Both the position numbers and the translations under genes were made by a program. Below are positions 30,591 to 40,784 of a stretch of 64,000 nucleotides of DNA, in pieces. The stretch comes from an uncultured Thermoleophilia bacterium (GTDB taxonomy: Bacteria > Actinomycetota > Thermoleophilia > UBA2241): the NCBI GenBank assembly GCA_963702475.1, contig CAVPCT010000002.1:192001-256000 (forward strand), given 5' to 3'. The notes beneath the pieces were generated by a model that saw nothing but the letters and a program-made list of their open reading frames with translations, ran no database searches and was not told the DNA's origin. Positions within the stretch are counted from its first letter, which is position 1, and each line of letters starts with the position of its first letter.

Positions 30591-32444
30591 TCAGTCGGTC
30601 GCGATGGGGCGCCGGTCCTCTGCGCGCGGGAACCTCTTGCGCGCGGAGGCCAGCTCGCGGAGCGTCTCCTGCAGGCCGGCGCGCGCGAGCGGCCGCAGGG
30701 TGGACGTGTCCAGGATGTTGTCCGGAGTGCGACCTTCGCGCGATGCCTGCGCGTGGTGCTCGAGCTGGATCCTCGTGACGTTCACGAACGCCTCGCGCAA
30801 GGTGGCCTCGCAGTCCTGCGCCTGGGAGTCGATGCCACAGACCGCCGAGAGGCGTTCCAGCGTGCCCTGCAGCACGATCCCTCGCGCGAACGCCTGGTAC
30901 CGCGCCAGGTTCTGGATGGGCACCAGGCAGTTCTTCTTGATGTCCAGCCAGCCCTCCAGGCGCTGCATGAACCCGAGCGGGAGGCGGATGGTGAGGCCCA
31001 GGCGCTCGAGACCGCGCAGAAAGCGGGGATGGTCGGGGACGGTGCGCATGATGTCCGTCAAGGCCTGGTCCACGAAGAGCTCCCCGGCCACCTGGCGGTA
31101 GTCGAAACACACGCTGGCGCGCGCGAGCCTGTCGAGGTCGCGCCCCTCCAGGCTGTACACGAAGATCTCCTTCCAGCCGCTCAGGGTCGTCCGCCACTGG
31201 CGGTTGCGGGCCAGAACGCCGTGCGGGTCGGCGGGGAACCCGCAGCGCGCGAGGCCCCGGTTCACATCTTCTGCCATGAGGCGGAAGTATTCGTCCACGG
31301 CGGGGTCGTCGGTGTCGGCGTAGGCCAGGCCGTTGTCCTGGTCGGACGCCAGGGTGAGCTCGCTGCGGGCTGCGCTGCCGAAGGCGAGCCACGCGTAGGG
31401 CACGGGGGGCTCGCCGAGGCGGTCGGTGGCGAGCTCGAGCAGGCGTGCCGTGATGGAGTCGGCCAGTACCGTGAGCACGTGCGTGAGGGAGGGGCCGTCG
31501 AGGTGGGCGTCCAGCAGGTCGAGGAAGAGCTTGGGGACGTCGGCCGCCGCCCTGACCAGCTCATCCTCGTCGGCCGACCACTGGATCGACCGTCGCAGCG
31601 CGAACGGGCTGCGGCCCTCGAGGGACATGAGGTTGCTGGCGGAGACGACGCCGACCACGGCGCCGTCGGGGTCCAGCACGGGCAGGTGGTTCACACCAGC
31701 GGTCATCATGGCGATGCTGGCCTCCGGGGCGAGCGTCTCGCTGCCGACGGTGTGGACGGGCGTGCTCATGATGGCCGTGACCGGCGCGTCGCGGGATACC
31801 TCACCCATGACCACCTTGTCGCGCATGTCCACGTCCGTGACGATGCCGAGCCCCTCGGGTGTGCGCACGAGGATGCACGATCGCCCGCCCTCCGCCATGA
31901 TCCGCGCGGCCTCCCGGATGGTGGTGTCGGGCTCGCAGAAGAGGGGCGTGCTGCGCACCACGGCCGTGACGGGCAGGGTGCGCACTTCGGGCAGCGCGCT
32001 CATGGACCGCGCGGCCTGGATCAGGCGCTCGCGGTGGTTGGCCGCGAGCCAGCGCACTCCGGCGGGGTGCGACAGAAGGCCGAGGGCGATGCTCTGGGGG
32101 ATGCAGTAGAGCTCGGTCTCGCTGCGGGTCCGCACGGTGAACTCCGGCGGCAGGCCGGTGAGCAGCGTGGGGTGGCCGAAGACATCGCCGCTGCCGACCA
32201 CGGCGACAAGGACATCGGAGCGCGTGAGCTCCACGATCCCTTCGCGCACCACGAAGAGGTGGGTGCCCGGCGGGCCGCCCTCCAGGAGCACCGTCTCGCC
32301 GGCCGGCACGCGACGTGACTCGACCGAGGCCGCGACGGCCTGCAGCTCGCCGGCCTCGAGCGACGCGAACGGTCCGAGTCCGCTCAGGAACCGAGCTACC
32401 TCTTCCGGTCCGGCACCGCCGTCCCGTGTGCCCACCACCGCCAC
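30591..32444 (-). CDS. Second cNMP/CBS/DUF294 putative nucleotidyltransferase
   Basis: Same architecture; FGSAARSELTLASDQDNGL. Confidence 0.88.
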   Translation of the reverse strand: MAVVGTRDGGAGPEEVARFLSGLGPFASLEAGELQAVAASVESRRVPAGETVLLEGGPPGTHLFVVREGIVELTRSDVLVAVVGSGDVFGHPTLLTGLPPEFTVRTRSETELYCIPQSIALGLLSHPAGVRWLAANHRERLIQAARSMSALPEVRTLPVTAVVRSTPLFCEPDTTIREAARIMAEGGRSCILVRTPEGLGIVTDVDMRDKVVMGEVSRDAPVTAIMSTPVHTVGSETLAPEASIAMMTAGVNHLPVLDPDGAVVGVVSASNLMSLEGRSPFALRRSIQWSADEDELVRAAADVPKLFLDLLDAHLDGPSLTHVLTVLADSITARLLELATDRLGEPPVPYAWLAFGSAARSELTLASDQDNGLAYADTDDPAVDEYFRLMAEDVNRGLARCGFPADPHGVLARNRQWRTTLSGWKEIFVYSLEGRDLDRLARASVCFDYRQVAGELFVDQALTDIMRTVPDHPRFLRGLERLGLTIRLPLGFMQRLEGWLDIKKNCLVPIQNLARYQAFARGIVLQGTLERLSAVCGIDSQAQDCEATLREAFVNVTRIQLEHHAQASREGRTPDNILDTSTLRPLARAGLQETLRELASARKRFPRAEDRRPIATD

Positions 32445-32448
32445 CGCC

Positions 32449-33225
32449 TCAGATCCCGCACTGGGTGAGCAGGCCGCGCTCCTTGAGATAGTCGAAGCTC
32501 TGCTGCACCTCTTCTTCGTTCTTGTGCTCGAGGATGATGGTGGCGCCGATCTCTCGCGCCACGGAGATGACTTCGGCGGCGTCCACGACCCCTGTGCCGC
32601 AGGGCTCGTGCACGTCGCCGCCGTGGACGCCCTTGTTGTCGTGCAGGTGCACGTGCCGCACGGGCAGGTCGCGACGTGCGAGCCAGGCGTCCAGGGTGTC
32701 GGTGATCGCCGCGTGGCCCGCGTCGAAGGCGATGTGCATGCCGGCGATGTCGAGGTCGTCCGGCGCCACGAAGTGGGAGTGGCGCGCGAACGGCAGGTTC
32801 TCCAGGGCGATGGGCATGCCGTACTCTTCCTGAAGCTCGGTGAACTGCTCGCAGGCGCGCTGCATGGTGGCGACGACGCGCTGGTTGCGCGGGCGCGGCT
32901 TGCGCTGGACGTCGGGGTGCACCACGTAGAGCCCTGCGCCCAGTTCGGCGGCCTTGGCGATGTGCCGCTTGTGCATCTCCATCGCCGCCTTGTGACGGGA
33001 GCTCCAGCGGCTGCCGAGCTCGAAGTGGGCGAAGGGACCGTGCACACTGAACGGCAGCCCGGCCACCTCGATCACACGCGCGTTGGCTGGCTCGAGGATG
33101 GTGTGCCGTCCGAGGTCGAGGATCTCGGCGAAGGACGTGAGCTCCGAGATGCGCAGCAGGGCTGAGGCGAGCGAGAGGTTCAAGTACGCCCCGGTCGACA
33201 CGCCCACATGCGAGATGCACTCCAT
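32449..33225 (-). CDS. Xylose isomerase-like TIM-barrel protein (paralog 2)
   Basis: SVHGPF, LENLP, DAGHA, HLHDN, EH. Confidence 0.82.
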   Translation of the reverse strand: MECISHVGVSTGAYLNLSLASALLRISELTSFAEILDLGRHTILEPANARVIEVAGLPFSVHGPFAHFELGSRWSSRHKAAMEMHKRHIAKAAELGAGLYVVHPDVQRKPRPRNQRVVATMQRACEQFTELQEEYGMPIALENLPFARHSHFVAPDDLDIAGMHIAFDAGHAAITDTLDAWLARRDLPVRHVHLHDNKGVHGGDVHEPCGTGVVDAAEVISVAREIGATIILEHKNEEEVQQSFDYLKERGLLTQCGI

Positions 33226-33350
33226 GTCGCGAGTATCGCACACGCGTCGAGACCCAAACGCGCCGGCGGCTCCGCGACGGGCGCGGAAGGGGGACCGGCG
33301 GGAGGGCACGGCAACGACCGGCGCGACGGCGCCGGGCCGGTTCGCGCCCC

Positions 33351-34121
33351 TCAGGCCAGCAGCCCGCTCCGCTGCAGGTGGTGCACGCTGGCGACCACGT
33401 CCGTGTCGCGGGAGTGCTCCAGGACGACGGAGGCGCCGGCGGCGCGCGCGGCGGCCAGGACGGCCGCCGCGTCCACCACGCCGGCGCCGACCGGCAGGTG
33501 TGGGTCTGCGTCGTCGCCCGCGCCCGCGTTGGAGTGCAGGTGTACGTGGCGCAGCGGCGCCTGCGGGTCCTCGAGCCAGTCGTCCAGGCAGCCGCTGATG
33601 CTGGCGTGACCCACGTCCAGGAGCAATCCGAGGCCCCGCAGGTCCAGGTCGCCCGGGTGCGTGAAGTGCGAGTGCCCGGCGCCCGGCATGTTCTCCACGA
33701 CGATCTCCACGCCGTACTCGTCCCGCAACTCGAGCAACTCGCCGAACGCTTCGGCGAGGGCGGCGATGACGCGCGGGTCGCGCGGGGCGTCGGCGTCGGG
33801 CCGCCAGTCGGGGTGCACGACGTAGAGGCGGGCGCCGATGTCGGCGCTCGCCTCCAGGTGACGGCGGTGCTCGTCCAGCGCTTCACGCCGGTCCGATGCG
33901 TCGGTGGCGGCGATGCCGATGTAGCCGAAGGGACCGTGGACCGTGTAATCGAGGCCGGCCTCACTGCAGGCGCGCCGGTTGCGGTCGCTGAGCAGCGTGT
34001 GCAGGCCGAACGAACGGATCTCCGCCGACAGGGCGAGCTCGGCGATGCGCGCGAGAGTGGGCGCGAGCATGTCGCCGGCGTACGCACTGGTGGAGATGCC
34101 GATGTCGGGGAGGCGAGGCAC
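33351..34121 (-). CDS. Xylose isomerase-like TIM-barrel protein (paralog 3)
   Basis: TVHGPF, VENMP, DVGHA, HLHSN, EH. Confidence 0.82.
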   Translation of the reverse strand: MPRLPDIGISTSAYAGDMLAPTLARIAELALSAEIRSFGLHTLLSDRNRRACSEAGLDYTVHGPFGYIGIAATDASDRREALDEHRRHLEASADIGARLYVVHPDWRPDADAPRDPRVIAALAEAFGELLELRDEYGVEIVVENMPGAGHSHFTHPGDLDLRGLGLLLDVGHASISGCLDDWLEDPQAPLRHVHLHSNAGAGDDADPHLPVGAGVVDAAAVLAAARAAGASVVLEHSRDTDVVASVHHLQRSGLLA

Positions 34122-34207
34122 GGGGCATCAGTATGGCAGAGCGGGGGTGTCGGCGTCGCCCGGGCGCGGGGCGCATGAGCCCGCGCGCGCCCGGGTAGGC
34201 TGCCGCT

Positions 34208-35374
34208 ATGGACGCCTCGTCACTCACGCCTCGGCCGTCCGGAACGGCCGCCTACGACCTGCTGGCCGGCCTGTCGTTCGCGGTCGAGTCGTACAGGGTC
34301 GAACGGCACGAGCTGGACGTCTCCAGCGGCTTTCGCCGCGTGACCACCGTGATCATCCTGCGCGGCGACGGCGTGGAGGGCCGCGGCGAAGACGTGACCT
34401 ACGCGGCTGAGGATCACGACGACTACCCGGAGTCCCTCCCGTTGTCCGGGGAGTGGACGCTCGATGCCTTCTCCGAGCGTGTGGGCGGCCTGGACCTGTT
34501 TCCAGGCAGGCCGCCTCAAGAGGCGTTCTTCCGCCTCTACCGGCGCTGGGCCTTCGAGAGCGCCGCGCTCGATCTGGCCCTGCGCGCGAACGGCGTCTCC
34601 CTCGGCGCGGCGTTCGGGCGCACGTATCATCCCGTGCGTTTCGCCGTCTCGACGCGGCTCGACATCATGCCCTGGCTGCAGGTGGACCCCGGGCTTGAGT
34701 TCAAGCTCGACCCGACGCCGGAGTGGGACCTTGACCAGATGCGTCGCATCGCTGCCACGGGCCGTGTGCGGGTGCTGGATTTCAAGTCGTTCTACACGGG
34801 GTCGCCGGTGGACAACCCGCCAGACCCGGTGCAGTACCGCGATGTGGCCGGCGCCTTCCCCGGAGCCGTCCTCGAGGACCCGGCGCTCGAGGGGCCGGCG
34901 CGCGACGCGCTGCGCGGGCAGGAGACGCGCTTCAGCTTCGACGCGCCGGTGCACTCGTGGCGGGATGTCGAGGAGCTGTCGGCGCGGGTCTGGGAGACGG
35001 CGCCGCCGCCGGCGGGCGCAGCCGGCCCGGCATCCGGCGGCCGGGGTGCCGCAGCGGTACGCGGGCAAGCCGCGCCGGTGCTGCGGCACCTCAACATCAA
35101 GCCGTCGCGCTTCGGCTCGCTGCGCGCGCTGCTCGACTGCATCGCGTGCGCGCAGGCCGCCGGCACCGAGCTCTACGGCGGCGGCCAGTTCGAGCTGGCC
35201 GTGGGCCGCGACCACATCCAGGCCCTGGCCAGCCTCTTCTACCCCGGCGGGCCCAACGACGTGGCGCCGCGCGAGTACCACGGCGCGGCGCACGGGGACG
35301 TGCCGCGCAGCCCTCTCGTGCCGGTCGCCGGGCTCGAGGCGGCGCCGGGCTTCGGCTTCGCCTTTCGGCGCTGA
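34208..35374 (+). CDS. Enolase-superfamily-like hypothetical protein
   Basis: GRGED, ESAALDLAL, NIKPSRFGSL. Confidence 0.6.
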   Translation: MDASSLTPRPSGTAAYDLLAGLSFAVESYRVERHELDVSSGFRRVTTVIILRGDGVEGRGEDVTYAAEDHDDYPESLPLSGEWTLDAFSERVGGLDLFPGRPPQEAFFRLYRRWAFESAALDLALRANGVSLGAAFGRTYHPVRFAVSTRLDIMPWLQVDPGLEFKLDPTPEWDLDQMRRIAATGRVRVLDFKSFYTGSPVDNPPDPVQYRDVAGAFPGAVLEDPALEGPARDALRGQETRFSFDAPVHSWRDVEELSARVWETAPPPAGAAGPASGGRGAAAVRGQAAPVLRHLNIKPSRFGSLRALLDCIACAQAAGTELYGGGQFELAVGRDHIQALASLFYPGGPNDVAPREYHGAAHGDVPRSPLVPVAGLEAAPGFGFAFRR

Positions 35375-35508
35375 GCTTGGGCGGAAGCCCGCGGCAGGCC
35401 GACCACGCCGACCGCCGCCGGGTCCTGTTACACTGGCGCATCCCGCGCGGCCGGTCGCGGCACGCGGGTCTCAAGTCCCCTCGACGCTCGGACCACGAGA
35501 GGAGACCA

Positions 35509-36099
35509 GTGACCGACATGACGACTCACGGCCGGGACGGCACTTCCGGCGGCGACCAGGCCGCCGGCGCCGCCGGCGCCGACCTCATCTCCCGCGCGCT
35601 CGCGGCCGGCGCCTCCGCCGCCGCCGTCGTCGGTCCGTCCGCGGTCGTCACGGCGGAGTGGGTGCGCATGAAGTGCCTCTGGGGCTGCACGCCCGGTGAC
35701 TGCCTCAACTGCCCGCCGTACTCGCCGGCGCCGGCGGACACGCGCCGTCTGCTCGACGAATACGACACCATCCTTCTGCTCCGCTTCGACGTCGACTCCA
35801 CGCGCATGGCGTGGCTCGAGTCCAGTCGCTGGGTCCACGACACGGCCCTGGCTCTGGAGCGCGAGCTCTTCCTGCAGGGCTACCACAAGGTCTTCGCCAT
35901 CGCCGGGGGGCGCTCGTGCGACCTCGAGCAGGATTGCGGCAAGCCGGAGACCTGCTCCTCGCGCGAAGGCCTGCGCCCCGGCCCCGTGGCCTGCGGCATC
36001 GACGTGTTCACCACCAGCGCCAACGCCGGGTGGCCCCTCGGAGTGGTGCAGGCGCCCGGTGAGCCGTATCATCGCTATGCGCTCGTTCTCGTGAAGTGA
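35509..36099 (+). CDS. DUF2284-like Cys-rich metal-binding protein
   Basis: KCLWGC..CPP, LERELFLQGY, GIDVFTT. Confidence 0.75.
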   Translation: MTDMTTHGRDGTSGGDQAAGAAGADLISRALAAGASAAAVVGPSAVVTAEWVRMKCLWGCTPGDCLNCPPYSPAPADTRRLLDEYDTILLLRFDVDSTRMAWLESSRWVHDTALALERELFLQGYHKVFAIAGGRSCDLEQDCGKPETCSSREGLRPGPVACGIDVFTTSANAGWPLGVVQAPGEPYHRYALVLVK

Positions 36100-36159
36100 C
36101 CGGCGGAGCGGGCGCCCGAGATCATCACTCCGATACTTGCCGACCCCGAGGTTGACCAC

Positions 36160-37071
36160 ATGACCCCTGTTGAGACCATCCAGCGCGAGCACGGCATCGT
36201 CGGCCGCGACAAGGAACTCGCCATGGCCCTGGCCGTGCTCGGCGCCGGCCGCCATCTCCTCCTCGAGGGGCCGGTGGGCGTGGGCAAGACCACCGTCGCC
36301 CTCGCCGTCTGTGCCCACCTCGGGCGCGACACCGTGCGTGTGGACGGCGACGACCGCTACTCCGAGAGCAAGCTCACCGGCTGGTTCGACCCGCCGCTCG
36401 TGCTGAAGCAGGGCTACAAAGAGGAGTCGTTCTTCCCCGGCCCCCTGGTCGAGGCCATGCGCGGCGGCCGCGTGCTGTTCATCAACGAGCTGAACCGCAT
36501 GCCGGAGTCGGTGCAGAACGTGCTGCTGCCGGCGCTCGACGAACGCATCCTGCAGGTACCGCACATCGGCGAGGTCCGCGCCGCCGACGGCTTCCAGGTC
36601 GTGGCGACGCAGAACCCCGTGGAGTACATCGCCACGGGCCACCTCTCGGAGGCCCTGCGTGACCGCTTCGAGCACCTGGCGCTGGTGTACCAGTCGGCCG
36701 GTGAGGAGCGGGACATCGTCGTGGCCGAGACCGGCAGCGACGACGGGCAGCTCGTCAGCACGGCGGTGCGCCTCACGCGCGGCACGCGCCTGCACGCCCG
36801 CTTCCGCAAGGGGTCGTCGGTGCGCGGCGCCATCGCCACCGTGGCCATCGCCGAGCGCCTGTGGGCCGAAGAGCGGGAGGCCTGCGGCGCGGTGAGCCGC
36901 GAGGTCATCAAACGCGCTGCCGAGGCCGCTCTCACCACGCGCGTGGATCTGCGAGACGACCTCGACGCCGACTTCGGCTCGGCGCTCGAGGACCTCCTCG
37001 AACTGGTCGTCGACAAGGGCCTCGACCCCGACGAGGTGCTCGGCACCGCGGAGCCGGCCCCAAAAGCCTGA
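36160..37071 (+). CDS. MoxR-family AAA+ ATPase
   Basis: EGPVGVGKT, FINELNR, ATQNP, DRF. Confidence 0.9.
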   Translation: MTPVETIQREHGIVGRDKELAMALAVLGAGRHLLLEGPVGVGKTTVALAVCAHLGRDTVRVDGDDRYSESKLTGWFDPPLVLKQGYKEESFFPGPLVEAMRGGRVLFINELNRMPESVQNVLLPALDERILQVPHIGEVRAADGFQVVATQNPVEYIATGHLSEALRDRFEHLALVYQSAGEERDIVVAETGSDDGQLVSTAVRLTRGTRLHARFRKGSSVRGAIATVAIAERLWAEEREACGAVSREVIKRAAEAALTTRVDLRDDLDADFGSALEDLLELVVDKGLDPDEVLGTAEPAPKA

Positions 37072-37997
37072 GCGCCCCTGGCCGGGGGCTCGACTCGATC
37101 CGCAAGAGGCCCCGAGTCAAGCCCGTGGAGCGGCGCGAGCCCCCGCCGCCCCAGCACGAAGCGGCCATGGAGGCGCTCTCCAAGCGCTACCGCATCGAGA
37201 GCGACGACCTCGACGGCTGGGCCGTCGCGGTCAACCTCACCAAGAGCGGCTGCCGCATCGTCGACCCGGGCCTGCGGCACTACGCCGAGAAGCTGGCGGC
37301 GCGGGCCGTGCTGGCGCGGGCCCACCGGCTCGTCGGCCCGCTGCGCGGCGTCACGCACACCGTGCGCGAGACGCTGCGCGAGCCGTTCGCCGGCGAGATC
37401 GACCTGGAGGCCACCCTGGACAACGTGCTCGGCAAGGAGTTCCCCGAGCGTCACGACTGGGTGGTCAAGCACCGCGAGGAGAGGCGCCATCAGGTCGTGC
37501 TCATGGTCGACACGTCGCTCTCCATGTCGGGCGAGAACATGGCCATCGCCGCCGTGGCCGCGGCGGTCCTCGCGCTCAAGCTGCACCCCGAGGACCTCTC
37601 CGTGGTCGTCTTCGAGAACACGGCGAAGGCGGTGACGCACCTCGAGGTGGCCGACGCGCCCGAGACGGTCGTGGAGCGCATGCTGGACCAGCCGGTCAAC
37701 GGTTACACCAACATCTCCGCGGCGCTCGAGCTGGGGGCGCGGGAGCTGGAGCGGGGCCGCAATCCGCGGCGCAGCGGCCTGCTCATCACCGACGGGGTGG
37801 TGACGGCGGGAGGGGATCCCACGGAGCTGGCGTACCGCTTTCCCAAGTTGTTCGTCCTGCTCACCGAGGACTACAAGACCAACCCCAAGCTGTGCCGCCA
37901 GCTGGCCGACGCCGCCCACGGCGACGTGTTCCCCGTGAACACGTTCCGGGATCTGCCCTCGCGCCTGCTCACGGTCGCGAACAGGGTGCTGCGCTAG
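37059..37997 (+). CDS. vWA domain protein, possibly entered by -1 frameshift from MoxR (alternative ATG 37167)
   Basis: DTSLSMS MIDAS motif, TNI..AL, ITDG; -1 frame is open across the MoxR stop. Confidence 0.85.
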   Translation, partial: PKSLSAPGRGLDSIRKRPRVKPVERREPPPPQHEAAMEALSKRYRIESDDLDGWAVAVNLTKSGCRIVDPGLRHYAEKLAARAVLARAHRLVGPLRGVTHTVRETLREPFAGEIDLEATLDNVLGKEFPERHDWVVKHREERRHQVVLMVDTSLSMSGENMAIAAVAAAVLALKLHPEDLSVVVFENTAKAVTHLEVADAPETVVERMLDQPVNGYTNISAALELGARELERGRNPRRSGLLITDGVVTAGGDPTELAYRFPKLFVLLTEDYKTNPKLCRQLADAAHGDVFPVNTFRDLPSRLLTVANRVLR

Positions 37998-38064
37998 ACG
38001 GTAGACTGAGACCGCAGACCACCGGCCGGATGCGCCCTGTGCCCCGGCCGCCCGAGGAGACGCC

Positions 38065-38571
38065 GTGGCAGTGTTCGGTCCCCCCAACGTCGCCAAGCTC
38101 GAGGCCGTCGGCAACATCGACGGGCTTGTCAAGGCCGCCAAGTACAAGAAGGACCCGCAGGTGGCCGCCGACGCGCGCCGCGCTCTCACCACCTTCCTGG
38201 ACAAGATCATCCAGCGGCTGCAGTCCAAGAACCTGGTGCAGCTGAACACGGCGCGTGAGGCGCTCGTCATCATCGGCGAGCCGGCCCGCGACCGCCTCGT
38301 CTATGTCCTCGGGGAGGGTCACACGCACCGGCGCCAGGACGCCGCGTTCGTGCTCGGCATGATGGGCGACCCTGCCGCGGTCAAGCCCCTTTGCATGGCC
38401 ATGCATCACCCGGATCCCCTGCTGCGCATGATCGCCGTCGAGGCGCTGGGCAAGATCGGCGACCCCGCGGCCACCGACACGCTGCGCCGGGCTATCGGCG
38501 ACCCCGAGCCGCGTGTGGCCGCCGCCGCCACCAAGGCCTTCAAGAGGGTCAAAGCCGACCAGGGCGGTTGA
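38065..38571 (+). CDS. HEAT-repeat protein
   Basis: Repeated A..ALG.IGDP.A motifs. Confidence 0.8.
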   Translation: MAVFGPPNVAKLEAVGNIDGLVKAAKYKKDPQVAADARRALTTFLDKIIQRLQSKNLVQLNTAREALVIIGEPARDRLVYVLGEGHTHRRQDAAFVLGMMGDPAAVKPLCMAMHHPDPLLRMIAVEALGKIGDPAATDTLRRAIGDPEPRVAAAATKAFKRVKADQGG

Positions 38572-38831
38572 CGGTCTGCGCCGCGGGTGCCAGACGCGCC
38601 GCGGCGCGGGGCCGCCGCCGAGGCCGTGGCCGCCGGACGCACCGTCACGCGTGCGGACGCACCAGTCGTCTGGGTTTTCGCGCCTTACGGGTTGTCGTGC
38701 TGTTTCGTGCATGGGTAGAGTCTGACGCGGACCGTGACGTTTGGAGGATCGGTCCCGGTACTGCTCGAGGAGGATGGGGTGTGCAAGGGTGCGATGGCGA
38801 CTGTTGGTGACGGCCGCTGATGGAGGGCGCC

Positions 38832-40613
38832 ATGGCCGTTCGCACGCTCGACGGGTCCAGCTTCTCACGGGTCCTACGGGCCGGTGCCCTCAGCGTGATG
38901 CGCGAGCAGGAGACGCTGAACCGCATCAACGTGTTCCCGGTGCGCGACGCGGACACCGGGGCCAACCTGGCGGCGACCCTGCAGGCGGCAGCCGTGCGTG
39001 TCGGCACCGCCTCTGCTGAAGGCATCGGCGATGCGGCGCGCGCGGCCGCCGACGGCGCGCTCGAGGGCGCGCGCGGCAACTCCGGGGCGATCTTCGCCCA
39101 GTTCTTGCACGGCCTCGCCGCCGCCGTCGCCGCGCGCCATCGCGTGGATCGCGCCGAGTTCGCGGCCGCCGCGGCGCAGGGCTCCGAAGCGGCCTGGCTG
39201 GCGCTGCAGGAGCCGCGCGAGGGGACCATCCTGTCGGTGCTTCGGGCCTGGGCGCGCGAGCTTGGGCGGCGCGCCCACGAGGAGGAGTTCACGGCGATGA
39301 TGCATGCCGGTCTCGTGGCGGCTCGCGGTGCGCTCGCCGAGACCGAGCACCAGCTCAAGGTCCTGGCCGCCAACCACGTCGTCGACGCGGGCGGCCAGGG
39401 GTTCGTGTACTTCCTCGAAGGCCTCGGCGAGGCGCTTCACGGCCGGACCGTCCAGTGGCGACCGGCTGAGGCGCCGGCGCACGGGCTGCCACCCTTCGCC
39501 TCGACCCACGAGGAGATCGACGAGCGGTACAGGTTCTGCAGCGAGGCTCTGCTGGTCGCCGATGGGGGGATGCTCTCGAGAGAAGGGGTCGCGGCGGCCG
39601 TCGGCGGCCTCGGGGAGTCTCTCGTGGTGGCCGGCGGCGAGCGGCGCGTGCGCGTGCACCTGCACACCAACGAGCCGCAGCGCTTTCTCGCCGCGCTCGC
39701 GGATCTCGGCACGATCGAGCGGAGCAAGGTGGACGATATGGTCCTGCAGCAGCTCCAGGGGCGTGCCGCCGCGATCGCCCTGGTGACCGACTCGACCAGC
39801 GACCTTCCCGAGGACGAGGCGTTCGGACTGGGGGTCGTCCGCGTACCGCTCACCTTGGCGCTGGGCGATGACGAGTTCCTGGACGGCGTCGACATCACGC
39901 CCGACTGGTTCGTGGACCGGCTGCGGGAGACAGTGGCCGTGCCGCGCTCCTCGCAGCCGGCGGTGCCCGACTTCGTCGCCACCTATCGCCGCCTGCTCGA
40001 GTACCGGGAGGGCGTCGTGTCGGTGCACATCGCCGGGGCGATGTCCGGCACCGTGCAGGCCGCGCGCACCGCGGCGCGCGAGGTCGACCCGGCGCGCGTG
40101 CGGGTGGTCGACTCCTGCTCGGTCTCCGTCGGCAGCGGCCTGGTGCTCCAGGCGGCCGGCGAAGCGATCGCGGCCGGCGCCGGCCTCGACGAGGTCGCGG
40201 CTGCCGCCGAGCGTGCCGCGGCAGAGGTCCGCGTGTTCGGGACGACCTCGTCGCTCGAGTTCGCCGTGCGCGGCGGGCGCGTCAGCCCGCGCCTGGCGGG
40301 CACCCTCGAGCGCCTGCACCTCGCCCCGATCATCGTGTTCGACGAGACCGGCAAGGCGGGCAAGGGGGGCGCGGCGCTCGGCTTCGGCCGCGCGCTGGGC
40401 GGCATCGTCAAGCGCGCCGTCCGCTACGCCGACGGCGCCCCGGCGCGCGCCATGGTGGTGCACAGCGGCGCGCCGGCCGAGGCGCAACGCGTGGCGGCCC
40501 GTCTGCAGGCCGCGTTCGGTGTGGAGGTCCCGGTGGTGCGTGCCGGGACGGTCCTCACCATGCACGTCGGCCCCGGCTCCGTCTCGGTCGCCGTCCGGCG
40601 TCTGCCGTCCTGA
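38832..40613 (+). CDS. DAK2 (FakA-like) - DegV (FakB-like) fusion, fatty acid kinase
   Basis: NVFPV.DADTG.N, ARGNSG, DAGG; C-terminal VTDSTSDL, MSGT, HVGPG. Confidence 0.88.
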   Translation: MAVRTLDGSSFSRVLRAGALSVMREQETLNRINVFPVRDADTGANLAATLQAAAVRVGTASAEGIGDAARAAADGALEGARGNSGAIFAQFLHGLAAAVAARHRVDRAEFAAAAAQGSEAAWLALQEPREGTILSVLRAWARELGRRAHEEEFTAMMHAGLVAARGALAETEHQLKVLAANHVVDAGGQGFVYFLEGLGEALHGRTVQWRPAEAPAHGLPPFASTHEEIDERYRFCSEALLVADGGMLSREGVAAAVGGLGESLVVAGGERRVRVHLHTNEPQRFLAALADLGTIERSKVDDMVLQQLQGRAAAIALVTDSTSDLPEDEAFGLGVVRVPLTLALGDDEFLDGVDITPDWFVDRLRETVAVPRSSQPAVPDFVATYRRLLEYREGVVSVHIAGAMSGTVQAARTAAREVDPARVRVVDSCSVSVGSGLVLQAAGEAIAAGAGLDEVAAAAERAAAEVRVFGTTSSLEFAVRGGRVSPRLAGTLERLHLAPIIVFDETGKAGKGGAALGFGRALGGIVKRAVRYADGAPARAMVVHSGAPAEAQRVAARLQAAFGVEVPVVRAGTVLTMHVGPGSVSVAVRRLPS

Positions 40614-40623
40614 TGCGCTGACG

Positions 40624-40685
40624 TCCGGGTGCGCCTGCGGCGGCCCGGCTCATCCTCCCGGGCGCGCCTGCGGCGGCCCGGCTCA
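40624..40685. repeat. Two-copy direct repeat, 33-bp period
   Basis: ccgggYgcgcctgcggcggcccggctca present twice. Confidence 0.8.
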
Positions 40686-40784
40686 CTCCGCCGCGTGCCT
40701 GCGCGAGGTTTTGCACGCCTGTCGCAGTGGGAAGTGACGGGTCGGGTCCACGCAGGCCCGGGTACCACGACCCTGGAGGAACCG

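Noticed and set aside
38832-40613. DAK2-DegV fusion (and the DgkA-PAP2 fusion at 5361) as novelties
   Set aside because: Both architectures are already known
40624-40685. Direct repeat upstream of pntA as a regulatory system
   Set aside because: Only two copies, with no further supporting evidence
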